Notes: generated by a model not told the origin, from the letters alone. DNA of 23,877 nt from a virus (IMGVR_UViG_3300047447_000093), one strand, 5' to 3'; positions 1 to 8,059 are shown, counted from the first letter of the stretch. A program made the numbers and translations.

Positions 1-64
1 CATCAAGTGGCTCTCGCCAATCAGGGAGCCAATATTGAATAGCACGAGAGCCAATGAGTAGCAT
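1..64 (-). CDS. N-terminus of a putative pol-beta-type nucleotidyltransferase-like phage protein (runs off the window)
   Basis: ATG at 64-62 with AAAGGA RBS. Translates MLLIGSRAIQYWLPDWREPLD, matching the hG[GS]...DxD start of the NTase fold. Only 21 codons are visible. Confidence 0.55.
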   Translation of the reverse strand, partial: MLLIGSRAIQYWLPDWREPLD

Positions 65-77
65 TATTTTCCTTTAA

Positions 78-341
78 TTAACAATCGTAAGAAGAACTGT
101 TCCAATCGGGATGCATAGAGTCAATTGCTTCAATTTCACTCTCAAACACACCGTAAGAGCCACCAATCTTAACTTCAGCACCAGACAGTTCAACAACCTC
201 TTTAATCTCTTTCAGAATCATTTTGATTGCTGCCACCTTTTCAGCTACAAGTTTAGTGCCAACTTGTTTCGTCATAGGCACTTGAACAGAAGCTTTCAGC
301 AGTTCTTCAAATTTAGCACGAGAAATAGTTACAGTAGTCAT
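78..341 (-). CDS. Small protein ending WNSSSYDC (W-x-x-S-S..C family, copy 4)
   Basis: 87-aa ORF, AAAGGA RBS, C-terminal motif shared with three neighbours. Confidence 0.9.
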   Translation of the reverse strand: MTTVTISRAKFEELLKASVQVPMTKQVGTKLVAEKVAAIKMILKEIKEVVELSGAEVKIGGSYGVFESEIEAIDSMHPDWNSSSYDC

Positions 342-358
342 TTGTTTATTCCTTTATT

Positions 359-541
359 TTAGCAAGAAGAATAGTTCCAGTCAATCCAGTCACCCGTCAC
401 ATCTTCATATAGGTTCTGCATCGCACTGTCAAAATCAAAGTAGACGTTGTTACTATCGGCCAATTCTTTAGCAGAATTCAGCAGGTTCTTTGCATCTTCA
501 ATTTGTTGTGCAATTAGAGCCAGAATTTCTTGTTGAGTCAT
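359..541 (-). CDS. Small acidic protein ending WNYSSC (family copy 3)
   Basis: 60-aa ORF, AAAGGA RBS, shared motif. Confidence 0.9.
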   Translation of the reverse strand: MTQQEILALIAQQIEDAKNLLNSAKELADSNNVYFDFDSAMQNLYEDVTGDWIDWNYSSC

Positions 542-557
542 TTTAGTTTCCTTTATA

Positions 558-1001
558 TTAACAAGTGGATTGATGCCAGTTACGGGATTTATATTCCATC
601 TCTTCTAGTTTGCCGAACATTGTACTATTATCATCAATCAGTTCAAACAACTCTTGTCCGTTGTCACAAGATTCAAACTGATAGAAATAACCATCACTAG
701 ACCAATCAGTGTTATATGTCAGATAGTATGATACACCACTAATACCTGAAACAATATCGGCAAGTGTCAAGGCTTCAGCAGCCTCTTTAGCTTTTGCAAT
801 AATAATAGACTTTTCTTCTTCTGTGTATGGTTCTTCATCATCACTAGAGAAAGCCAACAGTTCATCCATATTACCTGTAGCTGTCTTGATGGCTTCTGCA
901 ATAATTTTGTTAGCATCCTTACGAACAGCCTCTTGTACCTTCTTCAGTTCTTCCAGCGTATAACCACCAATGACAATTGCATTAACATTGTTGTTGCTCA
1001 T
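558..1001 (-). CDS. Acidic protein ending WHQSTC (family copy 2)
   Basis: 147-aa ORF, AAGGAG RBS, shared motif. Confidence 0.9.
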   Translation of the reverse strand: MSNNNVNAIVIGGYTLEELKKVQEAVRKDANKIIAEAIKTATGNMDELLAFSSDDEEPYTEEEKSIIIAKAKEAAEALTLADIVSGISGVSYYLTYNTDWSSDGYFYQFESCDNGQELFELIDDNSTMFGKLEEMEYKSRNWHQSTC

Positions 1002-1014
1002 ATTTTCTCCTTAA

Positions 1015-1200
1015 TTAGCAGCTTTGGCTCGACGCAAACCATTCGCCCTCTGTACCATCATAAGTTCCGCCCATAACATACGTAGGTGTAATGTGGAAAC
1101 TCAGATTGTGTTCCATTGCAAAAGATTCTGCTTTGCTCAGTGCTGCCTCAAATTCACTTACCAATACTGTCAGTTGTGCGTTCAGTTCTTTCTTGCTCAT
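1015..1200 (-). CDS. Small protein ending WFASSQSC (family copy 1)
   Basis: 61-aa ORF coupled to the upstream gene (1-nt gap), shared motif. Confidence 0.9.
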   Translation of the reverse strand: MSKKELNAQLTVLVSEFEAALSKAESFAMEHNLSFHITPTYVMGGTYDGTEGEWFASSQSC

Positions 1201-1201
1201 T

Positions 1202-1567
1202 TTACAGTTCCTTATAATGTTTACGAATCACTTTTGCAATTTGTTTGAAAGTCCATTCTGCCTCATCGTTCAAATCAATCAGACTAACGGCATAAGGGAG
1301 TTCTTTAATCAAACCACGAGGGAATTTACCTGAGGCAGAATCCATACCTACCCATTCCCTCACTTCAAATGGAAGTTCATTTTCTTCTCCCATATATTCA
1401 AACATACTCGTTTGTTCAGCAGCGATTTCAGGATGCTCTTGTGCATGAATGTTGCACAGGACACCAAGGCAGCAGAAACGATCCATGTTACGAAGTTCAC
1501 CCCTTGTTTGTTGATACTCGCCACTCTCTAAAGCTTTTGCCCATTTACGAGCAATAGAACGTTTCAT
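1202..1567 (-). CDS. Conserved phage hypothetical protein (W..AL.SG.Y.Q...FCCLGVLC type)
   Basis: 121-aa ORF, ATGA overlap with the upstream gene, motif familiar from phage proteins. Confidence 0.85.
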   Translation of the reverse strand: MKRSIARKWAKALESGEYQQTRGELRNMDRFCCLGVLCNIHAQEHPEIAAEQTSMFEYMGEENELPFEVREWVGMDSASGKFPRGLIKELPYAVSLIDLNDEAEWTFKQIAKVIRKHYKEL

Positions 1568-1977
1568 GTTTCCTCCATGTAAAATTTATGTAAACCAATT
1601 GTACGACGATGTTTAAACTTCTTATTCCACTCAGGATGTTTGTCCAACCTATGAAAATGAGTACATCCTCTACAGACAGGAGACATTCTAAACAACTCTT
1701 CCCATCCTGTCAAGCTCTTTGTTTCAAGAATATTCTGCCATGTGAAGTCAGAGAATTGCTTAGGCTGTAGAGCCACAACAGGACAACTCTTGTTTGTACG
1801 TTTCATACGCTCTAGAACAACGTCTAAGACAGCACGCTTCCCTGCTAAAGTCTCTCCTGAAGCCTCATGCTCTACGACAGCTTTCAAACAAGTAATGTCA
1901 GAGACAGCGAAGCTCCTAGAGGGATTGTCTACGTTAATACAAACAAAGAACAGAAGAAGGCTCCACAGCCATTTCAA
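1564..1977 (-). CDS. SleB-like cell wall hydrolase (Hydrolase_2) with N-terminal signal or hydrophobic segment
   Basis: CL..VV.HEASGE...GKRAV..VVL.R, ALQPKQFS and HFH...P.W...IG.HKFY motifs; hydrophobic N-terminus. Confidence 0.85.
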   Translation of the reverse strand: MKWLWSLLLFFVCINVDNPSRSFAVSDITCLKAVVEHEASGETLAGKRAVLDVVLERMKRTNKSCPVVALQPKQFSDFTWQNILETKSLTGWEELFRMSPVCRGCTHFHRLDKHPEWNKKFKHRRTIGLHKFYMEET

Positions 1978-2228
1978 CGCAAATCCTCAACAGAAATGTC
2001 AATCTCGCACATATAGAAGGGAATCTCTCCACCAAGGTGAATGTGCGGGCCGAACAATTGAAACATGTGCCACATTTGTGATCTCATAGTGTCTCCAACT
2101 TTGTAACGAATTCCTCTTGAAGACCCTTGAGGAAGAATGTTTTCCCAATATTCTTCATTAGCGTTGAAGATGTCAGCACCTGTTTGTGTAAGGACAACAG
2201 AGACATAATTATTTATATTAAATTTCAT
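1974..2228 (-). CDS. Hypothetical phage protein
   Basis: 84-aa ORF coupled to its neighbours. Confidence 0.85.
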   Translation of the reverse strand: MKFNINNYVSVVLTQTGADIFNANEEYWENILPQGSSRGIRYKVGDTMRSQMWHMFQLFGPHIHLGGEIPFYMCEIDISVEDLR

Positions 2229-2622
2229 CAGCTACATCCTTCCAAATATCCACTTGTTCCCTCTCATGTTTTTTCTGAAGCTTCTCTCTTTCTTTCCTCC
2301 ATTGTTCAATGGCGTATGAGATATCCTCTTCAGCTTCTTCTTTAGTGTAATGGCGATGTTCTTTCATGCTGTTACGTGCGTCAATAGATTCTTCTTCAAA
2401 CATTTTTTTGTTCTCCCACATTTCGCACATGCCGTGCTCACGATCACTTACCGTGATGCTATCCATATCAGGGATAAAACAACCCCAACCAATAATATTC
2501 ATGGCAGAACCTTTGAACAACTCGATTCTGTTCCAAGGATGTTGATTCAGAGGTTTCTGCCATGTACAGTTACAACAGCAAGAGCCTTGCCAACTTCCGG
2601 GTTGTGTGCATTCATTTTCCAT
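2218..2622 (-). CDS. Cys-rich hypothetical protein (CCCNC motif), possibly metal binding
   Basis: Start refined to ATG 2622, GGAG 7 nt upstream. Confidence 0.8.
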   Translation of the reverse strand: MENECTQPGSWQGSCCCNCTWQKPLNQHPWNRIELFKGSAMNIIGWGCFIPDMDSITVSDREHGMCEMWENKKMFEEESIDARNSMKEHRHYTKEEAEEDISYAIEQWRKEREKLQKKHEREQVDIWKDVADEI

Positions 2623-2809
2623 TTGCACTCTCCATCAATTTCAAAGCATCCTCAATAAGTCCAATCGTAAAAACAGCACTTGGGATTTCAGCATGAAGAA
2701 GTTTTGTAAGCCAAAGAATTTCCTTCTTAGCTGCGCGCAAGGAATACAAAACAGTTTCTTCCTCTGTCATCCCTGAGCCGAATATAGCAACACATTGTTC
2801 ATTGTCCAT
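2612..2809 (-). CDS. Hypothetical protein
   Basis: 65-aa ORF overlapping both neighbours by a few nt. Confidence 0.75.
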   Translation of the reverse strand: MDNEQCVAIFGSGMTEEETVLYSLRAAKKEILWLTKLLHAEIPSAVFTIGLIEDALKLMESANGK

Positions 2810-3137
2810 AGGGAAAACCTCCGTTCATCTGTTCTTCTGCTAACGTTTTAATAATGTCATCATTCTTCTCAAACAACATTAGAACTTTGTTTGTCGCCCA
2901 ATTTCTTAGTGTTACAGGGAGGTGGCTCATCTTAAGCATCCATGGTTGTGCAAACCACCATTGATCATTCTTCCCTAATTTTACTACAAAATAGCCTTCA
3001 TGCCCAAACGATCCACTCCAATGTAAACTTTTGACAATTACCACTTCACAATCACGCAGTTCATCTATAATTTTAACATCATTAATCACCCTGCAAACCG
3101 TCCCTTGCACAAACCCATTCTCTCCGTATCGCGCCAT
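2799..3137 (-). CDS. Hypothetical protein, first gene of the leftward operon
   Basis: 112-aa ORF, GAGGAGG RBS, directly downstream of a promoter. Confidence 0.85.
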   Translation of the reverse strand: MARYGENGFVQGTVCRVINDVKIIDELRDCEVVIVKSLHWSGSFGHEGYFVVKLGKNDQWWFAQPWMLKMSHLPVTLRNWATNKVLMLFEKNDDIIKTLAEEQMNGGFPYGQ

Positions 3138-3169
3138 CTTCCCTCCTCTTTAGACTTCATACAAAGAAC

Positions 3170-3198
3170 ATTGTACAACACATTTCTGCAAAGCACAA
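3170..3198 (-). promoter_or_regulatory. sigma70-type promoter of the leftward operon
   Basis: TTGTGC-17-TACAAT on the minus strand. Confidence 0.7.
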
Positions 3199-3201
3199 GC
3201 A

Positions 3202-3230
3202 CAAAAAGAAAAAGGCTCCCGAAGGAGCCT
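3202..3230 (-). terminator. Intrinsic terminator of the beta-helix gene
   Basis: Minus strand AGGCTCC-TTCG-GGAGCCT followed by a T tract. The hairpin is identical to the one at 6237-6254. Confidence 0.9.
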
Positions 3231-3243
3231 AAAAGCATGCTTT

Positions 3244-4776
3244 TTATGTTATTTGTAGAAGTGTTGTTGGCAAACCTACAATCAAACTAACAAGTTCTGC
3301 GTCTAACCCTGAGAGGGCAGCACTCTTGTATACAGCATCATGCACTGTAGAAGTGTATTGCTTACTCCTAGAACCTAGTGTATGATTTTGGCTGTTCAGA
3401 GACAAGCCAGAGTAAACGTTAAACTGCTCCTTAGTCCATGCTACAGGGCCAGTGGTTGCATTTTTAACTTTGTACCCTGTGCCAGAGAACATATTGTTCA
3501 TACAGATAACGTTGTTCAAAAGTGATGCTGTAGAGGTAGTTTGGATAGCTGCATCTGTTATACCGATGAATACATTGTTGAAAACCTTGTTGTCACAAGC
3601 GCCTGCTGTATCTCCTAAGAAGAATCCTGTTTTCATTGTGACAAACTGATTGCCGTATATGTAATTGTTTGTGCATTTGCCAAGAATCATGACACCACAA
3701 CCACTATTGAATACACCAGCCTTACCTACAATATTGCTAATTTTGTTTCTACGTACAATTGTGTTCTTTGTTCCAATGTCTAACAGAATTCCGTTAGCAT
3801 CAATTGTACTTGTGTAGAATGTATCACCTACATTGTCTTGAATGATATACCTACCGTAGAAGCTATCTACGAATCCTGTTGGCCCTTGTATATTGGAGGC
3901 ATAGTTATCGGAGATGATGTTGTCACCGAATGTTGTATAGCTATATGACAGAGCAAAACCCCAAACACCGATACAACCGCCAAAGATGTCTGTTGGTGAT
4001 TCAAGTCCATTAAGGAACTTATTCCCTTTGATTTGGCACCCTTGCGCTTGGTATGCTTGGCCTGTTGTACCGGGGCAGGTAAGTTCGATAGCACATCCCC
4101 TATAGTTATTGAAGGTATTATAATTAATCTTAATATCTGCCATATACGCGGCAGAATTACTATCAGTTTGTGTGCGGAACTCAATAACAGAACGATTAGC
4201 AGCATTCGTGAATGTATTCCCCTCAATGGTACACCGAAGCATGCTAGAGTTAGCAGCACTTTGAACCCACCACCTCAAAGCTGCATGATTTGTAGAGCCT
4301 CCTGCTGTCGTGTTGAAAGTGTTTCCACGAATCTCAATGTCAGAGTGTGTATCACCAGAAGCAGAGAAGCGGATAGCAGATGTACCACCTGGAGTATCAA
4401 AGATGTTGCCAATGTAACGAGAACCCCAAGCAGCACCGTTGTGTGTAACAGCGGCAAGGGATTGGAAAAACATAATATTTGTACCAGTTCTTCCATTTGT
4501 TAGAGTGTTAGTAAGTGTAGGTGAAAATACGATACTACCAACAGACGGGGCGTAGTCACCACGAATTGTGCAAGGTGTTGTTACACTTCCTCCGTGTGCT
4601 CCTACAGAGATACCTGCTGCATAGGTGTGTACTCCGCAAACATAGAGGTCATCCCCACCTTTAACGCCAGAGGCTCCCCATACAATCTCACTCCATCCAC
4701 CCCATGCATTGGCGTAAGAAGTTCCGTTCCTTGTGCCTGAATGACTTGTATCAGGTCTTACATACCACGTAGCCAT
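3244..4776 (-). CDS. Right-handed parallel beta-helix (pectin lyase-like) protein, putative polysaccharide depolymerase, 510 aa
   Basis: Start MATWYVRPD..G..NGTS.ANAW with GAGG RBS. Repeated I.GN.F / I.DN / I.GN rungs; Asn/Gly/Thr-rich. Confidence 0.75.
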   Translation of the reverse strand: MATWYVRPDTSHSGTRNGTSYANAWGGWSEIVWGASGVKGGDDLYVCGVHTYAAGISVGAHGGSVTTPCTIRGDYAPSVGSIVFSPTLTNTLTNGRTGTNIMFFQSLAAVTHNGAAWGSRYIGNIFDTPGGTSAIRFSASGDTHSDIEIRGNTFNTTAGGSTNHAALRWWVQSAANSSMLRCTIEGNTFTNAANRSVIEFRTQTDSNSAAYMADIKINYNTFNNYRGCAIELTCPGTTGQAYQAQGCQIKGNKFLNGLESPTDIFGGCIGVWGFALSYSYTTFGDNIISDNYASNIQGPTGFVDSFYGRYIIQDNVGDTFYTSTIDANGILLDIGTKNTIVRRNKISNIVGKAGVFNSGCGVMILGKCTNNYIYGNQFVTMKTGFFLGDTAGACDNKVFNNVFIGITDAAIQTTSTASLLNNVICMNNMFSGTGYKVKNATTGPVAWTKEQFNVYSGLSLNSQNHTLGSRSKQYTSTVHDAVYKSAALSGLDAELVSLIVGLPTTLLQIT

Positions 4777-4810
4777 TGTAAAAATCCTCATAAACGTTTA
4801 TAGAAAGTGC

Positions 4811-4839
4811 TTGACAAGTGATCAGCTTATCTGTAGAAT
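4811..4839 (+). promoter_or_regulatory. sigma70 promoter at the divergence point
   Basis: TTGACA-17-TAGAAT. Confidence 0.9.
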
Positions 4840-4888
4840 CATAGCATTCGCAATACAATCAGTCAAAATTTACAAACAGGAGGATATT

Positions 4889-5281
4889 ATGAAAGTAAAG
4901 TGTATTAACAATGGCGATTATGAGAAATACCTCACAGTAGACAAAGTGTATGATGTAACGCAACGAGACGGCTTTTATTCATTTGTTGGAGATAATGGCA
5001 CAAAAGATTGCGAAGCTTTTCAATGGCGCTTTGAAGCAGTGAAAGAGGAAGAAACAAAACCACAAAACAAATACAATCGTGAAATTCGTCCGAACGTCTG
5101 GTGTGATGTTTACGATGTAATCCGTGCATTTTCTGTAAACGATCCATGCTTGCAGCATGCAATTAAGAAGCTACTGGCAGCAGGAGAACGGGGACACAAA
5201 GATCGTCTAGAGGATTTGCAAGATATTGTTGACAGTGTGCAACGCGCTATTGAGATGCACAAAGAGTGGAGTGAGCAATGA
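4889..5281 (+). CDS. DUF3310/SaV-like protein (T7 gp1.7 nucleotide kinase-related, tentative)
   Basis: True start ATG 4889 after AGGAGG. C-terminal DVYDVI.AF.V.DPCLQHAIKKLL..G.RG.KD...DL motif. Confidence 0.6.
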   Translation: MKVKCINNGDYEKYLTVDKVYDVTQRDGFYSFVGDNGTKDCEAFQWRFEAVKEEETKPQNKYNREIRPNVWCDVYDVIRAFSVNDPCLQHAIKKLLAAGERGHKDRLEDLQDIVDSVQRAIEMHKEWSEQ

Positions 5282-5547
5282 GTTATTTTCTAAATGAATA
5301 TGGTGATATTCTACCCTTCCATCAGATTCTTAGGGTAGGAGGGATTGGAAAAGGTGTTAGAATTTACTTTGTAAATGGTTGTGCAGATTTGGACGAAAAT
5401 GATGCAAGAGAATTTAAAAAGGCATATTTGAAATGGCTTGTAGATTCTGAATTTCAAAATAACAAAATGTACAAAACTTGTGCAGAAATTTATAAGATTC
5501 TTGTAGAGTGCCAATCTTTCGGAAACCCTACTGAACAGACGGAATAA
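5278..5547 (+). CDS. Hypothetical protein
   Basis: 89-aa ORF, ATGA overlap. Confidence 0.8.
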   Translation: MSYFLNEYGDILPFHQILRVGGIGKGVRIYFVNGCADLDENDAREFKKAYLKWLVDSEFQNNKMYKTCAEIYKILVECQSFGNPTEQTE

Positions 5548-5793
5548 CCCCCTTGTCTGTAGGAAATAAAACAGACAAAGCTTGCGCTAGAGTATGTTAT
5601 ACACAGTTTGTTTCTTCAAATAACTATTGTTATTGTTGTTTGGAAATATATCTTATGCACTTGCTTTTTGTTTGTTGTTTTGGGGAATGTTGTTCTTGTG
5701 AACTGTCGCGGAAATAACATTGATTTATGGAAACTTTTTGTAGACGCTTGCGCGGGGTGATGTTGCAGACACGTATATTGTGACACAACCTTG

Positions 5794-5802
5794 TGCTATA
5801 CT
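5794..5802 (+). promoter_or_regulatory. Possible extended -10 promoter
   Basis: TG-C-TATACT about 60 nt upstream of ORF 5865; no good -35. Confidence 0.45.
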
Positions 5803-5864
5803 CAAATTAAATATTGAGGATTGCATAACTGAAGTTACGCTGTATCTAATGAAAGTGAGAAGAA

Positions 5865-6224
5865 ATGACATGTGAAAAATGCGGAAGCTCAGGGCTTCAC
5901 GCTTGCCCCGGAGAGTCTGTTGAGTGGACAGAGGAGAAGATTCAGGAATTTATTGAAGCACTTAAGAAATATGAATTTGAAGCAAACGCTGGCCCCTCTC
6001 AGGGAGACATGCCCTTAGATAGATATGTGAAAAGTTTACCTCTCCCAAGCTACGAAACACTCAACAGTGAAAGTGTCAATGTCCCACAAGGATTGTCTAA
6101 GGAAGAAACTAGAGAATTCATCCTAGCTGTTGCCAAAAAAGAGACAGACAAAGATAATTGTCCAAAGTGCCACAAGCCGTGGCTAGATCATGAATTCGGG
6201 GTTCCTGCTCCCTTCTGTCCATAA
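5865..6224 (+). CDS. Hypothetical protein with CxxC motifs at both termini
   Basis: MTCEKCG..LHACPG at the N-terminus and CPKCH...FCP at the C-terminus; followed by a terminator. Confidence 0.8.
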   Translation: MTCEKCGSSGLHACPGESVEWTEEKIQEFIEALKKYEFEANAGPSQGDMPLDRYVKSLPLPSYETLNSESVNVPQGLSKEETREFILAVAKKETDKDNCPKCHKPWLDHEFGVPAPFCP

Positions 6225-6236
6225 CGCTCTATATAG

Positions 6237-6263
6237 AGGCTCCTTCGGGAGCCTTTTTCTTTT
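6237..6263 (+). terminator. Intrinsic terminator
   Basis: AGGCTCC-TTCG-GGAGCCT-TTTTCTTTT. Confidence 0.95.
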
Positions 6264-6339
6264 GCCCTCACTTTGTTTCCTCCTGTCATTGTTTTGCACA
6301 CATTCTTTCTTGAAAGTCAATACACTTTGCAAAATTTTC

Positions 6340-6368
6340 TTGACACATCAATCGTGTGTACTTATAGT
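6340..6368 (+). promoter_or_regulatory. sigma70 promoter
   Basis: TTGACA-17-TATAGT. Confidence 0.9.
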
Positions 6369-6443
6369 GAACACATGCACAACGTATTGATGTGCAAGCC
6401 TGTTAAAAAACTCAACTTTGTACAACTGCTAAGGAGAATTAAA

Positions 6444-7001
6444 ATGAACGCTCAAAACACCATCATGAAAGCTATCCCTTCTGTGATTGCTCGCTTCATT
6501 CCTGCCACTGGCAAGCCTAGCGTTTTCTTGGCTGATGAGATTCCGGGTAACACTGCCCGTATGTTCACGGACGGCGTACTGAAAGAAGTGCCGATTGAGT
6601 TTTACAAAGACACTCTGCCACTGAACGAATCGGACACTCACATTGCTGTCGAAGAATACAAGAAGTTTGCTGGAGTGGAAATGGTAAATATCCGTCAGCG
6701 TATGCCTTACACAAAGCTCAAATCACTTGCCTCTCGCCTTTCCGTAACCCCTGAAGCCATGCACAAGATTGTTGAAGAGGTTCCGAAGGAACAGAAAGAA
6801 GTGCTGAATCACATGGCTGAAAAGGAGGCTTTGATTACCCCTCGTCAACGGGCTGCTCGGGAACGCTACGCCCGAGAGAACGCTGTTAGTGTTATGAAGC
6901 ATATCAAAGAATTGCCTGAGAATGCAAGTCAAGCTGACAAGGAAAAAGCTGTGGAGGATTTGGGTAAAGCCATGGCTCGGGTTATTGCGGGGTTGCTGTA
7001 A
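6444..7001 (+). CDS. Monocistronic hypothetical protein, 185 aa
   Basis: ATG 6444 after AAGGAG; has its own promoter and terminator; CTG/CGT/GCT-biased codons. Confidence 0.9.
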   Translation: MNAQNTIMKAIPSVIARFIPATGKPSVFLADEIPGNTARMFTDGVLKEVPIEFYKDTLPLNESDTHIAVEEYKKFAGVEMVNIRQRMPYTKLKSLASRLSVTPEAMHKIVEEVPKEQKEVLNHMAEKEALITPRQRAARERYARENAVSVMKHIKELPENASQADKEKAVEDLGKAMARVIAGLL

Positions 7002-7017
7002 GGACGTAGTTAGGAAA

Positions 7018-7044
7018 GGCCCTCTTCGGAGGGCCATTCTTTTG
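7018..7044 (+). terminator. Intrinsic terminator
   Basis: GGCCCTC-TTCG-GAGGGCC-ATTCTTTTG. Confidence 0.85.
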
Positions 7045-7074
7045 TTGACACCTTGTTTGTTCATATTGTAGAAT
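7045..7074 (+). promoter_or_regulatory. sigma70 promoter
   Basis: TTGACA-18-TAGAAT; 12-bp inverted repeat around the -10. Confidence 0.75.
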
Positions 7075-7104
7075 GAAGATATTGAACAAACAAGAGGAGA
7101 ATAG

Positions 7105-7272
7105 ATGTATAGATTAGTGCAACAAATGGAGGATGGTTTTGCAACACCTTTAAGCATCGACGGCCTACGAATCGTTTGCTCAGACATCAACTACCCTGAG
7201 ACAATAGAATGGTTACAACAAGTGCAAGAAAAGAACATTGGAATAACTATCTTTTGGGAGCTAATAACATGA
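7105..7272 (+). CDS. Hypothetical protein, 55 aa (below the ORF-track cutoff)
   Basis: GAGGAG RBS; MYRLVQQMEDG...WELIT; ATGA overlap with the next gene. Confidence 0.8.
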   Translation: MYRLVQQMEDGFATPLSIDGLRIVCSDINYPETIEWLQQVQEKNIGITIFWELIT

Positions 7273-7640
7273 AATCCATGAAAGCCATTATTGCAATTGC
7301 TGCTGTTATATCCCTTTCTGCTTGTGCTGTGCAAGCCCCCCGCCCCATAGTGGACATGCAAGGCGTGTCTCCAGAGGTATATGCAAGAGATTATCAGGAT
7401 TGTCAGGCTTATGCAGCACAAGGGGGTGACGAGGGGCAATCCGCCCTCAACTCTGGCATTGCTGGTGGTATTGCTGGTGCAGCAACAGGGGCAATCTTTG
7501 GTAATCGTCACGATGCTGGCAAGTTGGGTTTGTTCACGATGCTTCTGTCTGCCGGGGAGGGTGCTGCCAAGGCTGCACAACATAAGCGTCAGATTCTCTT
7601 TCGTTGCCTTGAAGGGCGGGGATATAGGACTTTAGGATAA
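7269..7640 (+). CDS. Glycine-zipper lipoprotein
   Basis: Signal peptide with LSAC lipobox; RPIVD..GV..Y..D..DC..YA, then GxxxG zipper repeats and C-terminal CL.GRGY. Confidence 0.8.
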   Translation: MKSMKAIIAIAAVISLSACAVQAPRPIVDMQGVSPEVYARDYQDCQAYAAQGGDEGQSALNSGIAGGIAGAATGAIFGNRHDAGKLGLFTMLLSAGEGAAKAAQHKRQILFRCLEGRGYRTLG

Positions 7641-7649
7641 GGGTATTCA

Positions 7650-7868
7650 ATGACTTGTATCAGATTTAACGGAGGAATCCTTTGCGTGAGTCCATTTTAT
7701 CGCCTTCGGCTTGAGGATGGTACGTGTGTGTTCATGGATTGGCACCACTACTGCGGCCCTACGTTCTTCCGTGACAAGTGGGAACGTAGGGTGATTGACA
7801 ATTGGTGGGAAAATGAGCTAATCTGTAAGGCACTAAACTGGTTCCAAAACAGGGGAAATAAAGCATGA
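7650..7868 (+). CDS. Hypothetical phage protein
   Basis: 72-aa ORF in the operon. Confidence 0.85.
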   Translation: MTCIRFNGGILCVSPFYRLRLEDGTCVFMDWHHYCGPTFFRDKWERRVIDNWWENELICKALNWFQNRGNKA

Positions 7869-8059
7869 ATGCAATTACAACAAGCTTGAAAAAGCAACTC
7901 CGTCACACGGAAGACCTCATTAAGAACTTTGAACGCATGTGCGATCAATTCCCTAACAGTGCTGAATACAAGCGCACTTTGATGGAATTGCAAGGTGATA
8001 GGGTAGCTATTATTGATAAAATGCTTCTGCAAGCGAAGCAGAATAAGGGGGAAAAGTGA
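7865..8059 (+). CDS. Hypothetical protein
   Basis: 64 aa, ATGA overlap. Confidence 0.8.
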   Translation: MNAITTSLKKQLRHTEDLIKNFERMCDQFPNSAEYKRTLMELQGDRVAIIDKMLLQAKQNKGEK

